Positions 17,723-26,619 of a stretch of DNA of 54,051 nt are shown here, piece by piece. The stretch covers positions 1 to 54,051 of the forward strand of contig SFMP01000083.1 in the NCBI GenBank assembly GCA_004554395.1. Direction: 5' to 3'. The notes beneath the pieces are model-generated. The model worked only from the letters and a program-made list of their open reading frames with translations. It had not been told where the DNA came from and searched no databases. Each line of letters opens with the position of its first letter. Positions within the stretch are counted from its first letter, which is position 1. The stretch comes from Myxococcales bacterium (GTDB lineage: Bacteria > Myxococcota_A > Bradymonadia > UBA4248). The position numbers were made by a program, and so were the translations under genes.

Positions 17723-19963
17723 TCATTCTCGATCGTGAGAAATGGCGTTATGGACGCGTTTTTTCATCTGTCGAAGGCTCAGCCCGAGTTGGTTCATTCG
17801 GATGGCGATTTTGTGTTTGACGTCGTCGCCGTCGTTTCCGAAGAGTTTGGCGCCCATTTGCGCCAAATCGCCATTGCATGATTCGTAGATCATCGATAAA
17901 TAGCGTCGTTCGAGTGTTTGGCGCAATTGTGCGAAGTCGGCACAAACGCCGATATCGAAACCTTGTGGCGCTTGTACGACGGAATTTTGTATGCCGATAG
18001 CTTGTGGCGCGATGCTCGTCTTTTCGATTTCGCCCAAGAGCGTGAGGGCATAGTAGGGATCGATTTCGATAATGCGGCTAGGCGAGTGGGCGACGTAGAG
18101 ATCGTATAGTGCTTTGAGCAAGAGCATATCGAGAATGCTCTCGAGTTCTCGGGTGTTCCCTGGCCAATTATAGCTCATAAAGAGCTCGCGTGTGGCTGGT
18201 TTAAATCGGACGCAAGCGCAATTGTCGGGGAGTTTGTCGTAGTTTCTGTTGAAATCGACGCGGATATTGCCTTGAGTATGGCTTCTCTCTTTGAAGGAGT
18301 CGAGGTATGGTTTCATATCGCTCGAATTGAGCGTTTTATGGACGAGCATTTCGACGAAATCGGGGAGATCGATGCGTCGATCGCGTAGAGGAGGGAGTTC
18401 GATGCGCATAGCGGGAGCAAATCGCATATAGAGATCGAATCGGAATCTTCCTTCTTTGACGTCTTTATCGAGGTCGTGGCATGTGGCGACGATGACTTTG
18501 ACGTCGACGCGTCGGGCGGATTGGAAAGGAGCGCCGACGCGTCGCACGACTTTATCTTGTAGAAAGATGAGGAGTTTTTGTTGGATTTCGGGCGAGAGAT
18601 TGCCGATTTCGTCGAGGAACAAGATGCCGCCATCGGCTTCTTCGATGAGCCCCATTCGATCGCTCGACGCCCCCGAATAAGCGCCTTTGACGTGTCCAAA
18701 GAGTTCGCTTTCGATGAGCGTTTCGGGCACGGCCGATAAATCGAGCGTGACGAGTGGAGATCGTTTGCTCATCGGATAGATGATCTTTTCGACGAGAGAG
18801 CTTTTCCCCGATCCGCTCGGCCCCGTGATGAGCATGGTGCGAGGACCTTGACTCATGATTTCGATTTGTTGTCGAGCGGATCGGATGCTTTGCGAAGCGC
18901 CCCAAAAATAGCCTTGTTCGACGCGGACTTCGCGCCCGAGTTTGACGATGCTTTCGATACGCGCTGCGAGCGCATCGAGGCTGTCTTCGTCGTCGACGAA
19001 TTGGAGTCCCGACATGTTCTGGAGCAGGGAATTGGCGCCATCGGGGAGCCGGCTCTTGTCGGTCATGAGTACGATGGGAATGCGAGCAAAATCGGGGAAT
19101 TGGCGCAGATATCGTGCGATGATGAGGCCTTGCAGGGATTTGATGCGCTCGGGCGACTGCAAAGACGGATCTTCGGACAAAGAGAGCAGCTCTTCGGGGG
19201 GGAGGGCATCGAAGCGGATATCCATGAGAATGGCGTCGATCTTTCGATTTTGTCGCTTCGATCGCTGGAGTGCTTCGATCGCCTCGTGCGCATTTCGCGC
19301 ACGGCGCAAGGGGCATGATTCGCGCGCATTACATGCCAAGCACGAAATCTGCCGGTCGCAGAGCGTCGCCCATGTAAATCGGCGTATAAAAGAGACGTTG
19401 GCTTGGAGTCGATCGATGAGCATGAGATGGTCGTCGACGACGAGGACGTGGAGTTTTTCGGGCGATGGCGAATCGTGGGGCGAAGATTGGATGGGAAAAG
19501 CTGAATTATGTTCGGTTTTTTTAGATATATTTGAACCGAATCCAAAAAAGTCGAAAGCCGATTCTTCGAGATTCGGCATATCGTCGACGATCGAGATTCG
19601 TTTGCATTCCGTTTCGAAATCTTCGACGGCCGCGACGATATCGTGGAGTTGTTGGATTTCGTCGTTTGTGAGCGATTTCCCAGTTTTGAGTCGCACGACG
19701 ATATCGTCGCGATTCGTTTCGAATTTTGCGCACAGGGCTTCGACGCGATCGAGTTTATCGTCGAGTATGGGTTCCCAATCGGGATCGTGGCGCAGCTTAA
19801 AACCGAGGATAGAGGCGGTTTTGCACATTCCCGTGCCCGAGTCGAAGAGCCGACGCGCGAGGACTTGAGCCGCGGCATCGCTCAGAGGCGCACCGGGCGC
19901 GGGAATATCGAGGTGCTTGATGAGATCGTGGCGCAATCGTCGCGCCATTTCGTTGGGATTCAT
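17723..19963 (-). CDS. Sigma-54-dependent transcriptional activator with receiver-like domain and long N-terminal extension
   Basis: AAA+ core GPSGSGKSSL, ESELFGHVKGAYSGA and ILFLDEIGNL. Receiver-like LHVLVVDDH...ILMDIRF. A C-terminal HTH-like segment. Confidence 0.88.
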   Translation of the reverse strand: MNPNEMARRLRHDLIKHLDIPAPGAPLSDAAAQVLARRLFDSGTGMCKTASILGFKLRHDPDWEPILDDKLDRVEALCAKFETNRDDIVVRLKTGKSLTNDEIQQLHDIVAAVEDFETECKRISIVDDMPNLEESAFDFFGFGSNISKKTEHNSAFPIQSSPHDSPSPEKLHVLVVDDHLMLIDRLQANVSFIRRFTWATLCDRQISCLACNARESCPLRRARNAHEAIEALQRSKRQNRKIDAILMDIRFDALPPEELLSLSEDPSLQSPERIKSLQGLIIARYLRQFPDFARIPIVLMTDKSRLPDGANSLLQNMSGLQFVDDEDSLDALAARIESIVKLGREVRVEQGYFWGASQSIRSARQQIEIMSQGPRTMLITGPSGSGKSSLVEKIIYPMSKRSPLVTLDLSAVPETLIESELFGHVKGAYSGASSDRMGLIEEADGGILFLDEIGNLSPEIQQKLLIFLQDKVVRRVGAPFQSARRVDVKVIVATCHDLDKDVKEGRFRFDLYMRFAPAMRIELPPLRDRRIDLPDFVEMLVHKTLNSSDMKPYLDSFKERSHTQGNIRVDFNRNYDKLPDNCACVRFKPATRELFMSYNWPGNTRELESILDMLLLKALYDLYVAHSPSRIIEIDPYYALTLLGEIEKTSIAPQAIGIQNSVVQAPQGFDIGVCADFAQLRQTLERRYLSMIYESCNGDLAQMGAKLFGNDGDDVKHKIAIRMNQLGLSLRQMKKRVHNAISHDRE

Positions 19964-20047
19964 GAAATCGCCGAAGGAGTGAACGGCATTTGAGCAGTGA
20001 TGGGGATTCGTGTGAGCGTTGGAATAGAATATGCCGTGAAATCGCGA

Positions 20048-20797
20048 TTATAGGCTAAGTTTTTTGCGCCATTTTTGAGCCGCGGCGAGTTCTTCGGGCG
20101 AGTTGACGCCCATGACTTCGCCATAAGTATCGGCGACGACGGCGTTGACGGGCAGGCCTTCTTTGTTGGCGATTTCGATGATATCGGTGAAGTAGTATTC
20201 GTGGGCGGCGTTGTCGTTTTCGATTTGCGGTAGAGCAGTTTCGAGGAACGACACGGGGACGCTATAAGTCGCAGTTCCGATTTCTCGGATCGAAATCTGT
20301 TCGGGCGTACAATCTCTAAATTCGACGATTTTTGCGACAGTCCCATCTTCGTTTCGTACGATTCTGCCGTATGCCGCGGGCTGATCGAGGCTAACGGTGA
20401 GGCAGTTGATCGCCTTTTGCGTGCGCTTGAGCATCATGCGTTTGAGCGTTGCCGCTTGGATATTGGGCATATCGCCAGGCAAGACGATGGCATATCGCGC
20501 TTTCGAGGCCTTGATTTGTTCAAATGCCGAACGGACGGCGTCGGCAGTTCCCAGCGGCTGAGCTTGCGTTGCCAATTCGATCGACAATGCGTGACCGTCG
20601 TACGACAAATGTTGTCGGATATCGTCGTTATGGGGTCCGACGACGACGATGACGTTTTCAATCCCTGCCAATTGGCAAGCATCGAGCATTAAATCGAGGA
20701 TCGTTCGACCGTCGACTTTGTGTAAGGGTTTTGCTTGGGTGGAATGCATTCGCGTCCCTTTTCCAGCGGCGAGTATGACGGCAATGACATCTTTCAT
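20048..20797 (-). CDS. Sugar-1-phosphate nucleotidyltransferase (GlmU N-terminal-domain-like, no acetyltransferase domain)
   Basis: The ATG at 20797 has GGAGGA upstream and lies within ORF 20048..20998. LAAGKGTRMHS..KPLH, PLGTADAV and HEYYFTDII motifs. Confidence 0.8.
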   Translation of the reverse strand: MKDVIAVILAAGKGTRMHSTQAKPLHKVDGRTILDLMLDACQLAGIENVIVVVGPHNDDIRQHLSYDGHALSIELATQAQPLGTADAVRSAFEQIKASKARYAIVLPGDMPNIQAATLKRMMLKRTQKAINCLTVSLDQPAAYGRIVRNEDGTVAKIVEFRDCTPEQISIREIGTATYSVPVSFLETALPQIENDNAAHEYYFTDIIEIANKEGLPVNAVVADTYGEVMGVNSPEELAAAQKWRKKLSL

Positions 20798-20817
20798 AGA
20801 TCGTCTTTTCCTCCTAA

Positions 20818-21180
20818 TTATTCGCGGTAGCAAACACTCGATGTGCACGTTTCGTGTACGCGCACGGCACTTAAACAAGGCAAAGTCGGCTTGATGCGTT
20901 TGTAGATCCAAGCCGATAGGACTTCTGACGTCGGGTTTTCGAGCCCTTCGATTTCGTTGAGATAGTAGTGATCGAGAACGGCGTGTAGGGGTTGCCAAGC
21001 TTCAGTAATCTCGGCAAAGTCGACGACCATGCCCGTCGCCGGATCGACGTCGCCGTCGACGATGAGATCGATCTGGTAGCTATGGCCGTGAAGTCGTCCA
21101 CATTTGTGCCCCTCGGGGACAAAGGGTAGGCGATGTGCCGCTTCGAAGCGGAAAGTTTTAGACAATGTCGTCGTCGACAT
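20818..21180 (-). CDS. queD: 6-carboxy-5,6,7,8-tetrahydropterin synthase
   Basis: [10 protein letters not shown]...CGRLHGHSY...HYYLNE motifs; 120 aa. Confidence 0.92.
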   Translation of the reverse strand: MSTTTLSKTFRFEAAHRLPFVPEGHKCGRLHGHSYQIDLIVDGDVDPATGMVVDFAEITEAWQPLHAVLDHYYLNEIEGLENPTSEVLSAWIYKRIKPTLPCLSAVRVHETCTSSVCYRE

Positions 21181-21198
21181 GATGCGTCTCCTTGAGAA

Positions 21199-21876
21199 TT
21201 ATACGCCGCGTGCGTTTGGATCCCAAATGATCTTGTGCTGTTGTAGGTTTAGGCGAATGGGTCGATGGCTTTGACATATCCAATCGGCCAATTGCGCAAG
21301 GGGGAGTTTACCCCAAACGGCAGAAAAGTGCACGATAACGCGGTGAAATGCGTCATATTGTTGCAATTTTTCGATACACCACTCGAAATCGTTTGCATCG
21401 GCGACGACGCATTTGACCTCGTCGGTGCTACGCCACGATTGCGCATAGGTGCGCCATATCGCTTCGTCGTGCGCCGTTTTGCTCTGCGGTGGCTTGAGAT
21501 CGATGATTCGATGGACGCCTTGCGGAACGGCATCGAGAGGGCGCGATCCATTCGTTTCGAGCAGAACAGTTTTTTGGCGTTCCAAGAGCTTCGCCATGAG
21601 CTTGCAAGCGCCTGCCTCTTGCATCATCGGTTCGCCCCCGGTGATTTCGACCAGTTCACACCCAAATGATTCGACTTTTTCGACGATTTCATCGATCGAC
21701 ATGGGCGTCGACTCGGCATAGGCATAAGTCGTGTCGCACCAAGCACAGCGCAGATTACATCCGCTGAGACGGACGAAGACACACGGCTGTCCGGCAAAGC
21801 TCGATTCGCCTTGTAGCGAATAGAATATTTCACAAATTCGAAGTGTATCTTCGGGCGCGTTACAGCAGGTTGTCAT
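21199..21876 (-). CDS. queE: 7-carboxy-7-deazaguanine synthase (radical SAM)
   Basis: EIFYSLQGESSFAGQPCVFVRLSGCNLRCAWCDT motif. Confidence 0.92.
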   Translation of the reverse strand: MTTCCNAPEDTLRICEIFYSLQGESSFAGQPCVFVRLSGCNLRCAWCDTTYAYAESTPMSIDEIVEKVESFGCELVEITGGEPMMQEAGACKLMAKLLERQKTVLLETNGSRPLDAVPQGVHRIIDLKPPQSKTAHDEAIWRTYAQSWRSTDEVKCVVADANDFEWCIEKLQQYDAFHRVIVHFSAVWGKLPLAQLADWICQSHRPIRLNLQQHKIIWDPNARGV

Positions 21877-21900
21877 ATATCGATCGACTTTATTCTAGTG

Positions 21901-21973
21901 GCTCGGTTCAATGTGGTGCAAGCGTAGCTTCGGTTCAATGTGGTGCAAGCGTCGCTTCGGCTCAATATGGGGG
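21901..21973. repeat. 27-bp tandem repeat, about 2.7 copies (family D1)
   Basis: GCT(T)CGGTTCAATGTGGTGCAAGCGT units at 21901 and 21927, with a degenerate third at 21954. The array lies between the btpA-like gene and queE. Confidence 0.85.
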
Positions 21974-21981
21974 CAGGGGGA

Positions 21982-22800
21982 TTACCGTTCGAAAGCGTGT
22001 TGTGCTTCGGGCAATGTGAGGGCTTTGGCGATGGCTTGAACGCGTTCTTTTTCGACGGGTTTTCGCCAATTGCCATCGCATTTAATCGACGTCCCGACGA
22101 TGAGCCCATCGGCGGCGGCGGCGAATTTAGCGGCGTTATTTGCCGTAATCCCCGAACCGATGACGACGGGGAGATGGGCTGGGCGAACTTTGGCTACGTC
22201 TTCGATATGGGCTTCACACCCCGTCGATACGCCCGTCACGATGAGGGCATCGGCTCCGCAAAAAGCAAATCCATGCGCCAAATCTTCGAGTTTGGCATCG
22301 CTCGTAATGGCGTGGCAGGAGTGTTTCTTTTGGACGTCGGCCCAGACTTTGACGTTTGCGCCGAGTCGTTTTCGCAAGCGCAAAACTTCGGCTGCCGACG
22401 CATTCATCATGCCTTCGTCGGCGATATGGGCATAGGCGAATGCCTCGGCGCGAATGAATTGTGCGCCGGCGCAAGCCGCCAATCCCATGGCTTCGCAGTT
22501 GGCACCTGCCAAGACTTGAACCCCAACGGGCAAGCTAAAAGCCGTCGTGAGGCGGTCGACGGCGATGGCCATCGCCGCAACGATTTCGGGACCTACATGC
22601 CCATTGAGATAGGGCAAATCTGCCATGTTTTCGACGAGGAGCGCATCACATCCGCCCTCGACGAGGTTTTGGGCGTCGCGTATGGCGTTTTGCAATATCT
22701 CATCGATCGATAAACAGCTCCCAGGCGTCCCCGGAAGTGCTCCCAAGTGCACCATGCCGATAAATGCGCAATCATTCTTTTGTGTTTCAAACAGTTTCAT
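21982..22800 (-). CDS. BtpA/SgcQ-family TIM-barrel protein
   Basis: FIGMVHLGALPGTPG, LLVENMADLPY and a C-terminal GSGIT-like motif. AGGAAGGA RBS upstream. Confidence 0.8.
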   Translation of the reverse strand: MKLFETQKNDCAFIGMVHLGALPGTPGSCLSIDEILQNAIRDAQNLVEGGCDALLVENMADLPYLNGHVGPEIVAAMAIAVDRLTTAFSLPVGVQVLAGANCEAMGLAACAGAQFIRAEAFAYAHIADEGMMNASAAEVLRLRKRLGANVKVWADVQKKHSCHAITSDAKLEDLAHGFAFCGADALIVTGVSTGCEAHIEDVAKVRPAHLPVVIGSGITANNAAKFAAAADGLIVGTSIKCDGNWRKPVEKERVQAIAKALTLPEAQHAFER

Positions 22801-22814
22801 ATTTCCTTCCTCTC

Positions 22815-22974
22815 TCCTATCGCCTCCACATTGGAACGCGTTGGAATCGTTGCATCGAACCGTTGCACTGTGAAATGGATAGGTGAATAGATATCGCTTT
22901 TCCTATCGTTTCCACATTGGAATCGTTGCATCGAACCGTTGCACTGTGCAATGGATAGGTGAATAGATATCGCT
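22815..22974. repeat. Direct repeat of about 75-86 bp, 2 copies (family D2)
   Basis: Copy 1 is 22815-22900 and copy 2 is 22901-22974. Copy 1 has an extra internal 10-bp duplication ACGCGTTGGA. Copy 2 overlaps the stop codon of the 1047-aa gene. Confidence 0.88.
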
Positions 22975-25900
22975 AAAAAGCCCGATTTCGTTTGAAATTC
23001 AACGGCGCGGCGTGGGCATTTATTTCGTCGCCGTTAAAAGTCCCAAATATCGATCCATCTTGCTCGATATCGGACGCTGGATCGAAATCTTCGCCATCGA
23101 TTTCTTCGACGTTTCCGCCGCGATATCCGCATTTGGCAGCTTTCATCGGCACGATCGGTGTGCCGTTTTCGTCGTAGATATCGGGGCGCCATGCGTATTT
23201 CGTCGAATCTTGCGCATCGGGCACGTAGAATGCCATTTCGTCGGATTCGAGCATGAGCTGCAGGCTATCTTGCGGAGGACAACAGGGCTCGAACGGCACG
23301 GGTTCGTTGCGTTTGGCGTATCGGGCGTGCATCTTTGCAATCGCCGTTGCATCGCATTTGCGGCGATACATTTCGTTGATATAAAAATTCATCGTCTTGG
23401 CGATGGGCTTGGGAAGCGTCGGCTGGAGCCGATAAACCGCCCCTTTTCGGGGATTCGGGATAATCGCCATCAAAAACGCGCATTCCTTGAGCGATAAATC
23501 TCGACTCCGTTTCCCGAAATAGAACTTCGCCGCTTCTTCGATCCCATAAATCTCGGGGCCAAATTCGATGACGTTGAAATACAGCTCCATGATGCGCTTT
23601 TTGGGGATCTGAACGACCGATTCCATCAGCCACGTATAGAGGACTTCTTGGAACTTGCGCGAGACCGATTTCGTGCGATCGAAGAAGATATTTTTGACGA
23701 GTTGCATGCTAATCGTCGACGCACCGCGGCTAAAGCTCTTTCGCGCGATATTGCGCGCCATGGCGGCTTTGACCTGTAGCGGGCTAAATCCCTTGTGCGT
23801 AAAGAACGATCCGTCTTCGGTCGTCGTAATGAGCTGGATGAGCCACGGATTGATATCGTCGAAGATGACCCAATGTGGATACATTTCGCGGATATCATCT
23901 TCGGTTTGGCGCGGCACATAAATCGGCATGTCGCCGATGACGATGGGGTAGAGCGACGGCGGGATGACGATGTCGTGTTCGACGAGTGCATTGGGATCGA
24001 TGACGCGATGCGTGAATCCCTTGCTGAGCATGTTGATATCGCGCATTTCGGGCCACGATACAACGGCAAAATCGTCGCTCGTCGTCAACTCGAATGCGTG
24101 TTCGACATCCGACATATCGCTAAAAAAGCCATTCGCCTTGAACGTCAATCCAATCGATCCCTGCCATTGCAAGCCATCGAGATCGGTGCGCAAAGCGTGT
24201 GGAATCGCTTCGAATAGCGATTGCATCGGCATCGACAACAGATCGGCTCGCACGTCGAAATGCCAAGCCTCTTCGCTGTCGAATCCTCCCCCTTTCGTCT
24301 TAATCTTGCGCATCATAGGCTCGATATCGACCGACATGTTGAGCGTATTGTCGCCAATCGCAAATCGGAACGCCTCGATGTCGAATTTCTTTTCTTTCCA
24401 CAAGACTTTTGCATCGGTCGTGAAATTTGCCCGTAGCTCGAACGGTTCTCGGCTAAAGGCATCGATTTGGAACATCGCCCCCGATGTCGATAGCGTCGCC
24501 TTCATATCGAGGATTTCTTTGGCAACGTCGACGTCGTAATCGATATCGAACGCGAGTTCGGCGTGCGAAAGATCCATCGCCGGCAAGTACTGTTTGACGA
24601 TGGGAGCCGCATTGGCTTGCATCGCCTGACTCTTCGCATCTTGCGCGTTTGCCTCGGGCACCGCGACGCCCTCGCGCAACGGCGTCTGGAATCTCTTCAA
24701 TGCGTCACCCGCTCGCATCGACGAAACACTCACTTTCCCCGCCGTGCTCTCAGATCCTCGCATGGCGTATTCCCCCGCGAGCGAAAAACTGCTCACGACG
24801 GGTTCGGCAAAGCGCAAGTCGAGCTTGTAATCGAGTACTTTTCTAATACTGCGATACCCGATTTCGGCGTCGATCTGATCGGCACCAAATCTCAACCATC
24901 CATCGTTTCTCTGATCGTCGATCGATACTGAACCATCGGTGATGAAAAACCGCTGCGATATGAAATAATCTTTGGGCTTTTTTGCCTTCTTGGGCTCGGT
25001 GCCTGCCCCTGTATTCGCCGCATCTCCCGATTTCTTCTGTGAAATCAATGGCTTAACGACGTCTTCTAGCGCCATAAAGCTGTGCATGATGGGCATATCG
25101 TCTCGAATGACGAGTTGCAATTTGGGCGCTGTCAGTTCGATTTCTTTGAAATAAACGCCGCTGACTTTTTTAGGCGGCAATTGCATGAATTGCGCACGTA
25201 CTCTTTCGACTGCGATAAACGGCATCTGATGCGTCGTCACATCGAGAGCGTCGACTTCGATCGTCGTCGGAAGCACAAACCGCGCCGCATCGAAGCGGAC
25301 GGCAAAGCCGTTTTCGTTCAAAAATACAGGCGTCTCGCCCTTGTCAGATTTGGGCAACGATAGCGCAATATTGCCATCGATAGCGCTCCGAATTTGCCCC
25401 GAAACATTCGTCTTGTACGATTCGCGAGTATCGCCCTCGACGAGCAAGAACGATATTTGTCCCGAAACATCGTAAGGTGTCAGGAGATTATCGGCATGGG
25501 CGTCGTCGGCCATCGCATCATCGATCCGATCTTCCGATCTGACGAATGCCAAATCTTCGATAGTAATGGCTCCGAGTTTTACCTCCGAATCGATGTCGAT
25601 CGGCGCCATCGCGAGCGAAGCCGTTTCGATGCGAACTTCTGGCCACGGCGTGAGGACTTGTTTCCAGCGCGGCGTCTTTTTCGCCTTCTTCGGCTCTCTC
25701 GAGGCGGGTTTTTCTTTCAGGGCTTCGACGATATCGTCGAAATTCGTCTTGTCGCCATCGCGCCGCAAAGCGACTTCGATATCGTTTATCTCGATGCGAT
25801 CGACCGAAAAATCGTCTCCCCACGGTATCTTTGTCAATGCCACATCGACGCTATCGAGCCGAACGCCCGTCATTTCGGGCTTTCCGACGTCCGAAATCGT

Positions 25901-26116
25901 GAGCCGCCCCACGTGTGCACTGCGCAACCCCGTCAAGCGAAGATCCGAAACGGCAATCCTTCTATCGATACGCGCCGAAATCGTCTCGAGCTCGGCATTT
26001 ATCTTTTGTTCTGCAACATAGGGCAGTATCGTAAACCACGATAGCACGGCGCCTGCGACGACGACACCACCGCCTATTCCCAACCCCAACCCTAACCGCT
26101 TCTTGTCGGTTGCCAT
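22973..26116 (-). CDS. Large membrane-anchored protein with a C-terminal GT51 peptidoglycan glycosyltransferase domain
   Basis: N-terminal TM segment GLGIGGGVVVAGAVLSWFTIL. About 700 aa of AsmA/TamB-like beta-rich region (inference). EDGSFFTHKGFSP and RGASTISMQLVKN are GT51 motifs. No transpeptidase SxxK module was seen. Confidence 0.85.
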   Translation of the reverse strand: MATDKKRLGLGLGIGGGVVVAGAVLSWFTILPYVAEQKINAELETISARIDRRIAVSDLRLTGLRSAHVGRLTISDVGKPEMTGVRLDSVDVALTKIPWGDDFSVDRIEINDIEVALRRDGDKTNFDDIVEALKEKPASREPKKAKKTPRWKQVLTPWPEVRIETASLAMAPIDIDSEVKLGAITIEDLAFVRSEDRIDDAMADDAHADNLLTPYDVSGQISFLLVEGDTRESYKTNVSGQIRSAIDGNIALSLPKSDKGETPVFLNENGFAVRFDAARFVLPTTIEVDALDVTTHQMPFIAVERVRAQFMQLPPKKVSGVYFKEIELTAPKLQLVIRDDMPIMHSFMALEDVVKPLISQKKSGDAANTGAGTEPKKAKKPKDYFISQRFFITDGSVSIDDQRNDGWLRFGADQIDAEIGYRSIRKVLDYKLDLRFAEPVVSSFSLAGEYAMRGSESTAGKVSVSSMRAGDALKRFQTPLREGVAVPEANAQDAKSQAMQANAAPIVKQYLPAMDLSHAELAFDIDYDVDVAKEILDMKATLSTSGAMFQIDAFSREPFELRANFTTDAKVLWKEKKFDIEAFRFAIGDNTLNMSVDIEPMMRKIKTKGGGFDSEEAWHFDVRADLLSMPMQSLFEAIPHALRTDLDGLQWQGSIGLTFKANGFFSDMSDVEHAFELTTSDDFAVVSWPEMRDINMLSKGFTHRVIDPNALVEHDIVIPPSLYPIVIGDMPIYVPRQTEDDIREMYPHWVIFDDINPWLIQLITTTEDGSFFTHKGFSPLQVKAAMARNIARKSFSRGASTISMQLVKNIFFDRTKSVSRKFQEVLYTWLMESVVQIPKKRIMELYFNVIEFGPEIYGIEEAAKFYFGKRSRDLSLKECAFLMAIIPNPRKGAVYRLQPTLPKPIAKTMNFYINEMYRRKCDATAIAKMHARYAKRNEPVPFEPCCPPQDSLQLMLESDEMAFYVPDAQDSTKYAWRPDIYDENGTPIVPMKAAKCGYRGGNVEEIDGEDFDPASDIEQDGSIFGTFNGDEINAHAAPLNFKRNRAF

Positions 26117-26181
26117 AAAACCCGATCCTCGCTATTCTTTTCCCCTCAACACGTCAAACGAACCGCCCTACGCATTGCAGG

Positions 26182-26481
26182 CTATTCTTCGGCCTTTGCA
26201 GGTTCATCTTTTGCGGGTTCATCTTTCGCAGCCGCCTCGAGTTGTTCGAGTTGCGCACGCAAGTCTTCGACTTCTTTGCGCGTCGCGAGCCCGAGTTTAT
26301 CGGCAATTCCCGCCTTCATGCATTCCGAGGCGTCGTTTATCTTCGTGAGTGCGGCGAGCCCCACGTCCATGACTTTTTGCGCCTGCGGCGAGGTGAGAAT
26401 CTTTTGGGCTTGCTCCGACTCCATAATAGCCATGCCTTTGGTCAACAACGTTTCGACGAGTGATGTGAGCTGTTTTTTCAT
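26182..26481 (-). CDS. Small coiled-coil protein (phasin-like / UbiK-like C-terminus)
   Basis: The ATG at 26481 has AAGGAG 8 nt upstream and lies within ORF 26182..26505. LGLATRKEVEDLRAQLEQLE, with a KDEPA repeat tail. Confidence 0.65.
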   Translation of the reverse strand: MKKQLTSLVETLLTKGMAIMESEQAQKILTSPQAQKVMDVGLAALTKINDASECMKAGIADKLGLATRKEVEDLRAQLEQLEAAAKDEPAKDEPAKAEE

Positions 26482-26619
26482 CTCGATTTCTCCTTTTTCG
26501 AGCAAGTCTAAGCGAATTTGGGGTCTGCCACCCCACCGTCTTCTTAGTCTATCACGATATTCAAAAATCGAATCGTTTTTTCGTTCACCGCAGCCTCACT
26601 CGCTTCAATAGCGCTGCCC

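Noticed and set aside
21877-21981. A preQ1 riboswitch upstream of queE
   Set aside because: The region consists of the 27-bp tandem repeat. No preQ1-I/II/III consensus (for example AGAGGUUC...CUA...AAAAAACUA) is visible.
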